Assembly (NCBI GenBank): GCA_025455045.1
Contig: JALONJ010000001.1
Coordinates: forward strand, 3,642-67,641
Direction of reading: 5' to 3'
DNA: 64,000 nucleotides
DNA from: Microscillaceae bacterium
Lineage (GTDB): Bacteria; Bacteroidota; Bacteroidia; Cytophagales; Microscillaceae
Shown: positions 46,057-54,853 of the stretch, in pieces
Position numbering within the stretch: the stretch's first letter is position 1
How the letters are laid out: every line of letters starts with the position of its first letter
The notes under the pieces: model-generated
The model's database searches: none
Seen by the model: the letters and a program-made list of their open reading frames with translations, nothing else
Told to the model about the DNA's origin: nothing
Program-made: the position numbers and the translations under genes

Positions 46057-46636
46057 TTGATTTAGCTTTTGATTATGTTATATTTATGGGCAAAAATAAT
46101 ACTTTTTTCAATTATTTGTTTGCTTTTTTATCATTTTTAAAAGTATAGAAACTAATTTTACTTTGGCTCTTTCAATTTTTTGAACCACAAGTAGCCTAGA
46201 AAACATAGAAAAATACGATTTTAATCAAAAATTTGGTATCGCAAAATTCCTTTTTTTGAGAACTAAAAAGGTTCTTCAGCACTTTTCAGAAATCATCTCT
46301 TCGGAAATTTATCAATTTCAGCAAAAATACTTTTCCTGAAAAGTAGTGAAAAACCAACATATTCGAACACCAATTTTATTTTTTGATGTAAGGTTTGAAG
46401 CCAAATTAACAAGAATTAACAATTTATTATCCTAGTTTTTGTAACCTTTGGTGGGCTTTAAGGTGTATATGCAAAAAAACAAAAGATTTTTTTTTAGTAG
46501 ATGCAACTTTTAAAACCTAAAAAACATCTTTAAGACATACAACGCTTAAAGACAACAAATGAAAATTATTTTAAAAGCCTTGTAATGTTTTTCTGAGTTA
46601 TTCTACTTATACATAAAACCATAAAACAGAGATAAA

Positions 46637-46915
46637 ATGAAATCTATACCATATAACCCCACCAAAAATTTATTGAATATGGCTATCACTTTGTTTGCTT
46701 TAAATAACAAGCAAAAAGCTAGAAAACCCCAAGTTTACTGGGTCATTGACGAAAACGATTGCGACACTTCTTCGGTCATTATCAAATATTTTGATGAAAA
46801 TGATGCTTTATTACATCAGGAAGTCATTAGCGGCTTAACCAATGGGATTATGGACGAAGAAGTGGTGTTGCAATTGAATCAAACCAAAGAAAGAGTGATT
46901 AAAACAATGATTTAA
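46637..46915 (+). CDS. small hypothetical protein
   Basis: 92-aa ORF with ATG start in an otherwise ORF-poor 1.6-kb spacer; acidic, no hydrophobic segment; no recognised domain. Confidence 0.35.
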   Translation: MKSIPYNPTKNLLNMAITLFALNNKQKARKPQVYWVIDENDCDTSSVIIKYFDENDALLHQEVISGLTNGIMDEEVVLQLNQTKERVIKTMI

Positions 46916-47171
46916 TCGGTGATTTTTGAACAAATATCCGATTCCCTAAGCTCCAATTTGGTAAATAAATCCCGTCAATTTGCCCTTTACTCCTTCTGAG
47001 TCGCTTGCTGGTAATTTTATTCCTTATGATATATTCATTTTGCTTTGCGCAATCGCGGAGGCTCGGCTTCTAGTCCCATCTTATAAGCAAGTTGCGAAGC
47101 ACAGTTATTCAGAGCATTCTCAAAAAGATTTTTATTTCCCAAAATGAAACTTCTTTTTAAAGCTAAAAATT

Positions 47172-47200
47172 CGTAAACAATTGATTATCAATTACTTATA
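47172..47200. repeat. Family-A palindromic repeat
   Basis: cgtaaacaat TGATTATCA attacttata. Confidence 0.9.
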
Positions 47201-47350
47201 AAATAGGCATTGAATTGGCATAAATCAATTATAGAGATTAGAACTTAATGCATAGCTGGTTGAAGAATTTGAAAAAACCCCGTTTCCTTGATGAAGCGTG
47301 GTTTTTTTGTTTTGTGATTACTCAGCCTTTGAATCAACGAGGGTATTAAT

Positions 47351-47479
47351 CAATAGTTTGGACAGTTTCCGGTTTCTAGTTATTTGCTAAGTGCTTGATT
47401 ATCATATAGTTATAAAAAATATTTGAAATAGCATAACTAACAGATAATCAAGCACTTATAAAAAATGCCCGAAGTATTG
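47351..47479. mobile_element. Family-C composite element (129 nt), second copy
   Basis: caatagtttggacagtttccggtttctagttatttgctaag...(A core 47396)...aaaatatttgaaatag...(agataatca 47442)...aaaaatgcccgaagtattg. Confidence 0.7.
47386..47414. repeat. Family-A palindromic repeat
   Basis: gctaagtgct TGATTATCA tatagttata. Confidence 0.9.
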
Positions 47480-47592
47480 TTAATACAATGTGAATATTTT
47501 GGAATTTTGTATTTCTTTATGAAAACTTATTTCTAGAAACTACCCTAAGGAATGATTTAAAAATAAAGTAAACAATATCAATTATTAAATAA

Positions 47593-47612
47593 TTGACCGT
47601 GTCTGCCTCTGG
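47593..47612 (+). repeat. Family-H module inside a Family-A element
   Basis: TTGAccgtgtctgcctctgg followed by CTGAtaatca. Confidence 0.75.
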
Positions 47613-47632
47613 CTGATAATCAATGTATTACA
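47604..47632. repeat. Family-A palindromic repeat (left arm displaced by Family-H insert)
   Basis: tgcctctggc TGATAATCA atgtattaca. Confidence 0.85.
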
Positions 47633-47687
47633 ACTTGTCCGCCTCTGGTGGATCAGCACACCAGCACATTTTATAACTAACTCATTA

Positions 47688-48962
47688 CTAAAAATCAATA
47701 TCCCAAAAACCTACCGCGTGTTCAAGCGCAATTAAGGCATCAATATAATTTTTGAGGGCATCAAAATAAGCAAAATACACCTCATCGGCTTTGCGATGGC
47801 TCTCCGAAAGGTCAAGGAAAGAAGTTTCGCCTTTGGCATAGGATTGCGCTTCCCTACTCAAAACCCGGTCGGCTTGGGCAAGTAAGCCCTCATTCAAAAA
47901 AAGTTGGATTTGTTTGTGGGCAATTTGGTAAAGCAAATAAGCCTGACGAATCTCGGTTTCAATCATAATGGCGGTGGCTTGCACCAGCGTTTGCGCTTGT
48001 TGAATACTTTTTTGGGCGGCAACCAAATCGCCCTTGCGCCGATTCGACAACATCAACGGAAAACCTACCGTAGCCGTAATCGCGTGGTAAGCCGGAGTCG
48101 GACCTATTTCGTTGGTAGCCAGGGTATAATAATTGTTGCCCAAATCAAAAGTCAAATCACTCACCCGATTCGATTTTACCATTGCCAGCCCTTGCTCATT
48201 GATTTTTTCGCGTAGGCGCGCAACTTGCATTTCGGGGCGAATTTGGAGTGCCAATTGAGTCAAAGAATCTATTGCATAAGTTTGGTAAGGAATATTGATG
48301 TTGCCTTGTGCCACAATTCTTTGATTTTGAATTTGACTCAAAGGCAGTGCCAATGCCAGTGCCGAAGTAGCTACATCGGCTTCCGACTCATACAAATCGT
48401 CCAAAAGTTGCCCCATTTCTATTTTAAGCCGCAAAAGCTCAAGCTCGTCCATATCCTTAGACTTTTCTTTTTCTTCAAGCTCTTTACTTAGCAAAGTATA
48501 AGTGCGTTTTTCGCGGTCAAAAATATTTTGATGAATCAACAACTGTACATAGGCTTGGGTAGCTTCCAAGCGGAAGTTACGCAGGAGAATTTCAAAATTG
48601 GCTTGGGCTAAACCACTGTTGCTTTCGGCAAGTTGAATCCGATTGCGCCGTTTTTTACCCATTTCCACAGTTTGGGTAAAACCTGCGTAGAGCTGTTGTT
48701 GTAAGGCTTGATTGGTAATATCGCCCGACACATTGCCCATTGTAAAAGAAGGATTGGGGCGAATTTTGGCTAAACTGATTTGCGCATCGGCGATTGAAAC
48801 ATTGTATTCTTCAGCCAATAAATTCAGGTTGTTTTCAAGGGCTAGGTTGATAAACCGTTGATACCGCATCGGGTTAATATTGAGGGTATCCAAAGTGAGA
48901 TTTTGGGAAAAAAGCGCGCAAGAAAAAAATAAGCAACATAATAAATTTAAAGTTTTTTTCAT
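47688..48962 (-). CDS. TolC-family outer membrane efflux protein (orphan)
   Basis: 424 aa; signal peptide MKKTLNLLCCLFFSCALFSQ; two-repeat coiled-coil/beta architecture; no adjacent pump or adaptor genes. Confidence 0.85.
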   Translation of the reverse strand: MKKTLNLLCCLFFSCALFSQNLTLDTLNINPMRYQRFINLALENNLNLLAEEYNVSIADAQISLAKIRPNPSFTMGNVSGDITNQALQQQLYAGFTQTVEMGKKRRNRIQLAESNSGLAQANFEILLRNFRLEATQAYVQLLIHQNIFDREKRTYTLLSKELEEKEKSKDMDELELLRLKIEMGQLLDDLYESEADVATSALALALPLSQIQNQRIVAQGNINIPYQTYAIDSLTQLALQIRPEMQVARLREKINEQGLAMVKSNRVSDLTFDLGNNYYTLATNEIGPTPAYHAITATVGFPLMLSNRRKGDLVAAQKSIQQAQTLVQATAIMIETEIRQAYLLYQIAHKQIQLFLNEGLLAQADRVLSREAQSYAKGETSFLDLSESHRKADEVYFAYFDALKNYIDALIALEHAVGFWDIDF

Positions 48963-48988
48963 AAAATATTGATAATCAGGTTTTTATA
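48960..48988. repeat. Family-A palindromic repeat
   Basis: cataaaatat TGATAATCA ggtttttata; 7 nt from the TolC start codon. Confidence 0.9.
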
Positions 48989-49107
48989 TAAATTCATTTC
49001 AAGTCAATTTATTCAACAACTTCGACTAAAACTAAAGTTTGGATAGAGCAGTATTTCTTAAGATTTTTTTATAATTTTTCGGTTAATCAATTGATTTTCA
49101 AGTACTT

Positions 49108-49159
49108 AACTCAGAACTCAAAACTAGAAACTCAAACTAGAAACTAGAAACTCGGAACT
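49108..49159 (+). repeat. degenerate tandem array of Family-C arm units
   Basis: aactcagaactcaaaactagaaactcaaactagaaactagaaactcggaact; abuts the porin stop codon. Confidence 0.7.
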
Positions 49160-49876
49160 CTAATTAGCCGATTTTTGTATTTGAAAAAAAGCCCCCAAAT
49201 TAAAAGTAAGCACCAAAGCCGACTGTTTTTGGCGAGCGGCGTACAAAGCATTGGCTTTCATATTAAAATCCAAACTCCAGCGTTCATTCAATTGGTAATT
49301 ACAACCCACCACCGGGGCTACGCCAAAATTAGTATCATTGCCATTGATTTTTAAATTATTGTTTTCCAAAAAAGGGCGGAGATTAGCCGGAATGGGCTGT
49401 CCGGTTGCGGTTGATAATTTTAAGATAATTTCGCCCAAATCCAAGTCTTCAGTGTCATTGATATACATACCTAAATCAAGACCCAAATACGGGCGGATTT
49501 TCTCAGTCAAAATATAATATTCAAAGCCAATATTAATGGGGAAAAAATTTACCTTAGGGATTTCAATTTTATCTGTGCCAAGCTGATTTGCCAAGCGCAA
49601 CAGATCTGCGGTAGCTTGGCTCAAGCCCAACCTTAGAGCAAAATCGCCAATATCGCCGCCACTGCGCCCAAAAGCATAGAAGCCCACCCCGTTGGTCAGG
49701 GCAAAACGTGGCGAAATCTGGTATTTACCGGCAATTATTGCCCCAAAACCATTTTTGTTGATAGTTCCAAAATCGCCGGTGGGTATGGAATAGCCAAAAC
49801 TTGCCCCCAAACGCAGTTGAGCCGGTAAATTGCCAAACGTGAAACAAAAAATAAGAAATACAAAGATTTTCTTCAT
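49160..49876 (-). CDS. outer membrane beta-barrel protein (porin-family)
   Basis: 238 aa; signal peptide MKKIFVFLIFCFTFGNLPAQ; alternating beta pattern. Confidence 0.7.
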   Translation of the reverse strand: MKKIFVFLIFCFTFGNLPAQLRLGASFGYSIPTGDFGTINKNGFGAIIAGKYQISPRFALTNGVGFYAFGRSGGDIGDFALRLGLSQATADLLRLANQLGTDKIEIPKVNFFPINIGFEYYILTEKIRPYLGLDLGMYINDTEDLDLGEIILKLSTATGQPIPANLRPFLENNNLKINGNDTNFGVAPVVGCNYQLNERWSLDFNMKANALYAARQKQSALVLTFNLGAFFQIQKSAN

Positions 49877-50008
49877 TCGTAAAATTATTTAGATTGAAAA
49901 ATAAAGGTAAAAGAAATTTTTGATTCTTGATTCATTTGCAAAAAATGAAAAACTGAAAAATTAATAGCAATATCTTTGATTTTTTTTGAAAATAACTTCT
50001 AACAAACT

Positions 50009-50037
50009 GCTAAATCATTGATAATCAAATAATTATA
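50009..50037. repeat. Family-A palindromic repeat
   Basis: gctaaatcat TGATAATCA aataattata. Confidence 0.9.
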
Positions 50038-50161
50038 TGCAAGCACTTCAAATAGAACCCTCATAAATCAAACTAATCCGGCTCTAAGTAGTTAAGGTTT
50101 TATAACACAAAAACTAACAAGCCAAACAAAGGATTGCTTGAAGAACAATATTTTATTTTTG

Positions 50162-50190
50162 TATAAATTGCTGATAATCAACAATTTAAA
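50162..50190. repeat. Family-A palindromic repeat
   Basis: tataaattgc TGATAATCA acaatttaaa. Confidence 0.9.
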
Positions 50191-50250
50191 CCAATAACTA
50201 TTAAGAAGCAAAAAACAAAATTTGCTTTTTTTGTAAAAAAACTTACAACT

Positions 50251-50366
50251 TTGCGAGATTTTTAGCGCAATCATCTTCAAATTTATGATAAAGAATTTAG
50301 TAATTGTTTTGCGAGATTTTTAGCGCAATCATCTTCAAATTTATGATAAAGAATTTAGTAATTGTT
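50251..50366 (+). repeat. perfect 58-bp tandem duplication spanning the topA start codon
   Basis: ttgcgagatttttagcgcaatcatcttcaaatttATGataaagaatttagtaattgtt at 50251-50308 and identically at 50309-50366. Confidence 0.95.
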
Positions 50367-52895
50367 GAATCGCCCGCCAAGGCAAAAACCATTGAAGGCT
50401 ACCTCGGAAAAGACTTTACCGTCAAATCCAGCTATGGACACGTGCGCGATTTGCCCAAAAATAATGATGCCATTGATATAGATAACGATTTCAAACCCAA
50501 CTACGAAATCTCCGCCGATAAAAGACAACTTATCAGCGAACTCAAAAAACTCGTTAAAGATACCGAAACCGTGTGGCTGGCAACTGACGACGACCGCGAG
50601 GGCGAAGCCATCTCTTGGCACTTGCAAGAAGCCCTTGATTTGAAGGAAAAAGCTGTAAAGCGCATTGTTTTCCGCGAAATTACCAAAACCGCCATCCAAA
50701 AAGCCATTCAAAGTCCGCGCGATATTGATTATGATTTGGTCAATGCCCAGCAAGCCCGCCGCGTGCTTGACCGTTTGGTGGGTTTTGAGCTTTCGCCTTT
50801 GTTGTGGAAAAAAGTGAAAGCCGGACTTTCGGCAGGGCGAGTGCAGTCGGTAGCCGTAAGAATGATTGTGGAGCGCGAGCGCGAAATTGCCAAATTCACG
50901 CCCATAGCTTCGTTTCGCATTAGTGCCGAGTTTGGCTTAGAAAAAGGCAAAAAATTGATTGCCGAATTGCCCGAAAAAATTGAAAACCAAGCCGGCGCGC
51001 AAGACTTTTTGAACAAATGTATTGGCGCAGAGTTCAAAGTAAAAAACTTAGAAACCAAACCCGCCAAAAAATCGCCCGCCCCGCCTTTTACGACTTCTAC
51101 TTTGCAACAAGAAGCCAGTCGCAAGCTCCGTATGTCAGTTTCGCGCACTATGCGCCTAGCCCAAAACCTCTACGAAGCCGGTAAAATATCGTATATGCGT
51201 ACCGACTCGACCAACTTGTCGGAAGAAGCCATCGGCAAAGCCGCCGAAGCCATTGAAAATAACTATGGCAAAACGTATGTGCAAACTCGCCGCTTCAAAA
51301 CCAAAAATGAATCAGCCCAAGAAGCCCACGAAGCCATCCGCCCCACCGACTTCAATGCCAAAGTTGCCAGCCAAGACCGCGATGAACAACGCTTGTATGA
51401 ACTGATTTGGCAACGCGCCATTGCCTCGCAAATGGCTGATGCTCAGTTGGAAAGAACGACCGCCACCATTGGCATCAACCCGATTTTATACAATCAAAAT
51501 AATAAGCCGGTGGCGATGCCCGATTTGTTGGCAAAAGGCGAAGTAATCAAGTTTGATGGCTTTTTGAAAGTTTATCTCGAATCAACCGATGATGAGGAAG
51601 AAGAAGAAATGGGCAAAATGTTGCCCCCACTCACCATTGGGCAATTACTTGACCTAAATCAAATGCTGGCTACGGAGCGTTTTTCGCGTCCTTCTGCCCG
51701 TTTTACCGAGGCTAGTCTGGTCAAAGAACTCGAGGAGATGGGCATTGGTCGCCCCTCAACTTACGCGCCTACCATTTCCACGATTCAAGAGCGAGGTTAT
51801 ATTGTAAAAGAAGACCGCGAAGGCAAACCGCGCCCTTACCGCGAATTGGTTTTGGCAAATAACCAAATCCGTGAAACCCAAAAAACCGAAATAGTCGGCA
51901 CCGAAAAGGCTAAATTATTTCCGACCGATATTGCCGGCGTAGTCAATGATTTTTTGGTCAAGTACTTTGCCGATGTCATTGATTATCATTTTACTGCCAA
52001 TATTGAGGAGGAATTTGACAAAATCGCCGAAGGCAAAAAAGAATGGGTGGAGATGATTCGTAAGTTTTATGGCGGTTTTCACAACAAAGTCCAAGATACT
52101 ACCAAAGAAGCCGAAAGAGCCAGTGTAAACTCTACCCGTATTTTGGGCAAACACCCCGACAATGGCTTGCCGGTTTTGGCAATTTTGGGCAGATACGGAG
52201 GGTTTATTCAAATTGGTGAAACTACCGAAAATTCTAAAGAAAAACCGCCTCGCGCCAGTCTGCAAAAAAATCAACGCCTCGAGACGATTACACTAGCCGA
52301 AGCCTTGGAATTGTTCAAATTACCGCGCGAAGTGGGCGAGTTTGAAGACAAAGGTATGACTGTGGCAATTGGGCGATTTGGTCCATACATACGCCACGAT
52401 GGAAACTTCTATTCTTTGGGCAAAACTGATGACCCCTATAGCATTACCGAAGAACGTGCCATTGAAATCATTGAAGCCAAACGCCTGGCAGATTCCCAAA
52501 AATTGATTAAATCTTTTCCACAAAACCCTGATGTTCAGGTACTTAACGGCAGGTTTGGACCATATATCAAAGTGGGCAAAGAAAATATCAAAATTCCGAA
52601 AGGCAAAAAACCCGAAGACCTCACCTTGGAAGAGTGTTTGGAATTGGCAGAAGCCAAACCCGAAAAAGCCTCGGCTAAAACAAGTGTCAAAGCCGAAAAT
52701 ATCATTAAGAGTTTTGCCGAAAATGCCAATGTGCAAGTCTTGAATGGTCGGTATGGTCCTTATATCAAAATAGGCAAGGAAAACATCAAAATTCCCAAAG
52801 GCAAAAAAGCTGAAGACCTTACTTTGCAGGAATGTTTGGATTTGGCGGGTGGCAAAGTTGATAGTGGCAAGAAAAAAGTTTTTAAGAAAAAATAG
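50343..52895 (+). CDS. topA: DNA topoisomerase I
   Basis: MIKNLVIVESPAKAKTIEGYLG (Toprim) from ATG 50343; active-site region GKISYMRTDST; C-terminal repeated domains (VLNGRFGPYIKVGKENIKIPKGKK x2 plus a diverged copy); the TTG at 50304 in the ORF track lies inside a 58-bp duplication. Confidence 0.95.
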   Translation: MIKNLVIVESPAKAKTIEGYLGKDFTVKSSYGHVRDLPKNNDAIDIDNDFKPNYEISADKRQLISELKKLVKDTETVWLATDDDREGEAISWHLQEALDLKEKAVKRIVFREITKTAIQKAIQSPRDIDYDLVNAQQARRVLDRLVGFELSPLLWKKVKAGLSAGRVQSVAVRMIVEREREIAKFTPIASFRISAEFGLEKGKKLIAELPEKIENQAGAQDFLNKCIGAEFKVKNLETKPAKKSPAPPFTTSTLQQEASRKLRMSVSRTMRLAQNLYEAGKISYMRTDSTNLSEEAIGKAAEAIENNYGKTYVQTRRFKTKNESAQEAHEAIRPTDFNAKVASQDRDEQRLYELIWQRAIASQMADAQLERTTATIGINPILYNQNNKPVAMPDLLAKGEVIKFDGFLKVYLESTDDEEEEEMGKMLPPLTIGQLLDLNQMLATERFSRPSARFTEASLVKELEEMGIGRPSTYAPTISTIQERGYIVKEDREGKPRPYRELVLANNQIRETQKTEIVGTEKAKLFPTDIAGVVNDFLVKYFADVIDYHFTANIEEEFDKIAEGKKEWVEMIRKFYGGFHNKVQDTTKEAERASVNSTRILGKHPDNGLPVLAILGRYGGFIQIGETTENSKEKPPRASLQKNQRLETITLAEALELFKLPREVGEFEDKGMTVAIGRFGPYIRHDGNFYSLGKTDDPYSITEERAIEIIEAKRLADSQKLIKSFPQNPDVQVLNGRFGPYIKVGKENIKIPKGKKPEDLTLEECLELAEAKPEKASAKTSVKAENIIKSFAENANVQVLNGRYGPYIKIGKENIKIPKGKKAEDLTLQECLDLAGGKVDSGKKKVFKKK

Positions 52896-52998
52896 GCTCT
52901 GTCGTTAATTTGGTTAATTCATAGTAATTTTTCAAGATTATTTAAACCCTAAGGGTTTGGACTCAAGCCCCAAATTAACGATTGAACCCAAAAGTAGT

Positions 52999-53027
52999 TT
53001 TAATTCCTTGATAATCAAGCATTTATT
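52999..53027. repeat. Family-A palindromic repeat
   Basis: tttaattcct TGATAATCA agcatttatt. Confidence 0.85.
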
Positions 53028-53028
53028 C

Positions 53029-53058
53029 AAAAGCAGTAAGTTCAAACTCACTGCTTTT
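53029..53058. terminator. hairpin between convergent topA and kinase-like genes (bidirectional terminator candidate)
   Basis: aaaagcagtaag ttcaaa ctcactgctttt; A-run and T-run flanks. Confidence 0.7.
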
Positions 53059-53090
53059 GTAGCTTAAGACCTTGCAGATACTGCAACGGC

Positions 53091-54530
53091 TTATTTTTTC
53101 TTAGGCGTTATCAGCCAAGGAATTACCAAATCTTTGCCTTCAAAAAATACCGGCTGCGGTTCTTCGCCGGGTTTGGGCGGCTTAGGATATAATTGATTGA
53201 CTTCTTTGAGAATCAAAGGGCTAATATTAAATTTTGCGCCTATTTGTTCAATTGTTTCATTACGTTGAACTTTATATATTTGGCGAATTTTAATTTTAAT
53301 TCCGTCTTTAGGTTTTAATTTCACATTACCTCTAAAGTTGTTCCATTTTTTAATACTATCCAAAGGAGTGTAATAACGCCGAGCAATTTTTTCAAGATTT
53401 TCGCCTCTTGATACCCGATGAAAATAATTTTCAATAGTATCGCGCCTTGTGAGTCCAAAAATTCGCACGCTATCCTCCATTGCTTTTTTGGCTTGAGCTT
53501 TGGCTATCGAGTCTTGCATAAACCGAATTCTTTGGGTATTTTTGAGGTCAAATAAGATTTCGCTATCGGCACTCCGCGAAGGCAAAAAGTACCAAAAAAG
53601 CATCAAAATCAGCACTCCGGTCAAGCCAAGCAAAGCATAAAGCGGTAGGTTGAAAAACTTGGCTTCTATCGGGATTGTTTCAACATTGGTTTCGGGCAGT
53701 TTGACTTCGTTGGGTAGGGTAAATTGCTTGACCACCGCGAGTGCATTGCGAAAATCCTCGCAGGTTTGATAGCGGTCTGCCGGATTTTTGATGGTTGCTT
53801 TTTGAATAATTGCTTGCATTTCGGGCGAAGTCATAGGATAAAACTGCTCAGTAGGAGGCAACGTTTCATTCGTAATTTTGTATTGAATTTCGCCCAAATT
53901 GAAGCCCTGATAAGGGTTTTTGCCGGTAATCATCATAAACAAAACCACCCCCAGCGCATACACATCGGCGCGTTGATTGACCGATTTGTTGCCAATTTGC
54001 TCCGGGCTTAAGAAGCTAACCGTCTCTTTATCAGCATTTTGCAAGGCTTTGGCAGCATAAAATTTATTGAGAGCCAAATCCAAGATTTTGATATTTTCAT
54101 CTTCATCTATCCAAATATTGTGCGGATTTATGGCTCCGTTCATTACTCCGTGGCGATGCGCCCAGATAAACGCATCTAAAATCTTAAGCATCAATACTCG
54201 GGCTTTTTCTGCCGGAATTGGTCCACTGACTTGTTGGATATAATTTGCCAAACTTTGCCCTTTGAGGTGTTCAAATACCAAATAAAAATCATCACCTGCT
54301 TCATAAAAATCATATAAAGTAATGATATTGGGGTGTTGAAGCATTGCCAAGCGACGAATATCTTGCACCAACTCGGCTTTTTCGGCAGGTTCGGGCAAAG
54401 TCTTAAGGGCTTTGACCGTTACCTTTTTGGAAAATTGGGTATGGGTAGCCAAAAAAGAGCGGAAGAGGCTGTTTTCTTCCGTAAAATTTTCAATCTTATA
54501 ATTTAATATTTTTTCCCCAGTCATCAACAA
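53091..54530 (-). CDS. membrane-anchored Ser/Thr protein kinase-like protein (predicted pseudokinase) with two extracytoplasmic LysM domains
   Basis: 479 aa; kinase fold blocks (VTVKALK, LQHPNIITLYDFY, SPEQ, ADVYALGVVLFMMITG) but no GxGxxG and NGA in place of HRD; TM LYALLGLTGVLILMLFWYFL; LysM repeats (YFHRVSRGENLEKIARRYYTPLDSIKKWN; IYKVQRNETIEQIGAKFNISPLILKEVN). Confidence 0.85.
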   Translation of the reverse strand: MLMTGEKILNYKIENFTEENSLFRSFLATHTQFSKKVTVKALKTLPEPAEKAELVQDIRRLAMLQHPNIITLYDFYEAGDDFYLVFEHLKGQSLANYIQQVSGPIPAEKARVLMLKILDAFIWAHRHGVMNGAINPHNIWIDEDENIKILDLALNKFYAAKALQNADKETVSFLSPEQIGNKSVNQRADVYALGVVLFMMITGKNPYQGFNLGEIQYKITNETLPPTEQFYPMTSPEMQAIIQKATIKNPADRYQTCEDFRNALAVVKQFTLPNEVKLPETNVETIPIEAKFFNLPLYALLGLTGVLILMLFWYFLPSRSADSEILFDLKNTQRIRFMQDSIAKAQAKKAMEDSVRIFGLTRRDTIENYFHRVSRGENLEKIARRYYTPLDSIKKWNNFRGNVKLKPKDGIKIKIRQIYKVQRNETIEQIGAKFNISPLILKEVNQLYPKPPKPGEEPQPVFFEGKDLVIPWLITPKKK

Positions 54531-54623
54531 TACAAGGTTTAAATCAGGGGCAAAACTACCACATTTTTTTGAGGGAACAATTAAATAGGAATGAGTTAAT
54601 TATAAAATGTGCTAGTTTGCTGA

Positions 54624-54652
54624 TGCAATACACTGATTATCAATTAATTATA
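54624..54652. repeat. Family-A palindromic repeat
   Basis: tgcaatacac TGATTATCA attaattata. Confidence 0.85.
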
Positions 54653-54736
54653 TAAATTAATTTGTCCAACTTATTTTTAATTCATTCCATGTTTGCTAAA
54701 CTCTATAAGTTTGTTAAAAGGTTGCAACATTTTTCA

Positions 54737-54765
54737 CACAATGAATTGATTATCAATATTTTGTA
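54737..54765. repeat. Family-A palindromic repeat
   Basis: cacaatgaat TGATTATCA atattttgta. Confidence 0.85.
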
Positions 54766-54853
54766 AGAATTAACTCATCAAAAATAAAACAAACAAAAAG
54801 CCGCCAAAGAAAACAGTTTTCTTTGACGGCTTTGTCAAAATTATTTTTTGGGT

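Noticed and set aside
50304-50342. N-terminal extension of topA from the TTG at 50304 (MFCEIFSAIIFKF)
   Set aside because: The extension is created by the second copy of the 58-bp duplication. The canonical Toprim N-terminus MIKNLVIVESPAKA starts at ATG 50343. Similar unsupported extensions were trimmed at 13115-13177 (moeB), 15557-15589 (porin), 15816-15827 (sigma factor), 37295-37333 and 55838-55876. The last of these runs through an A palindrome.
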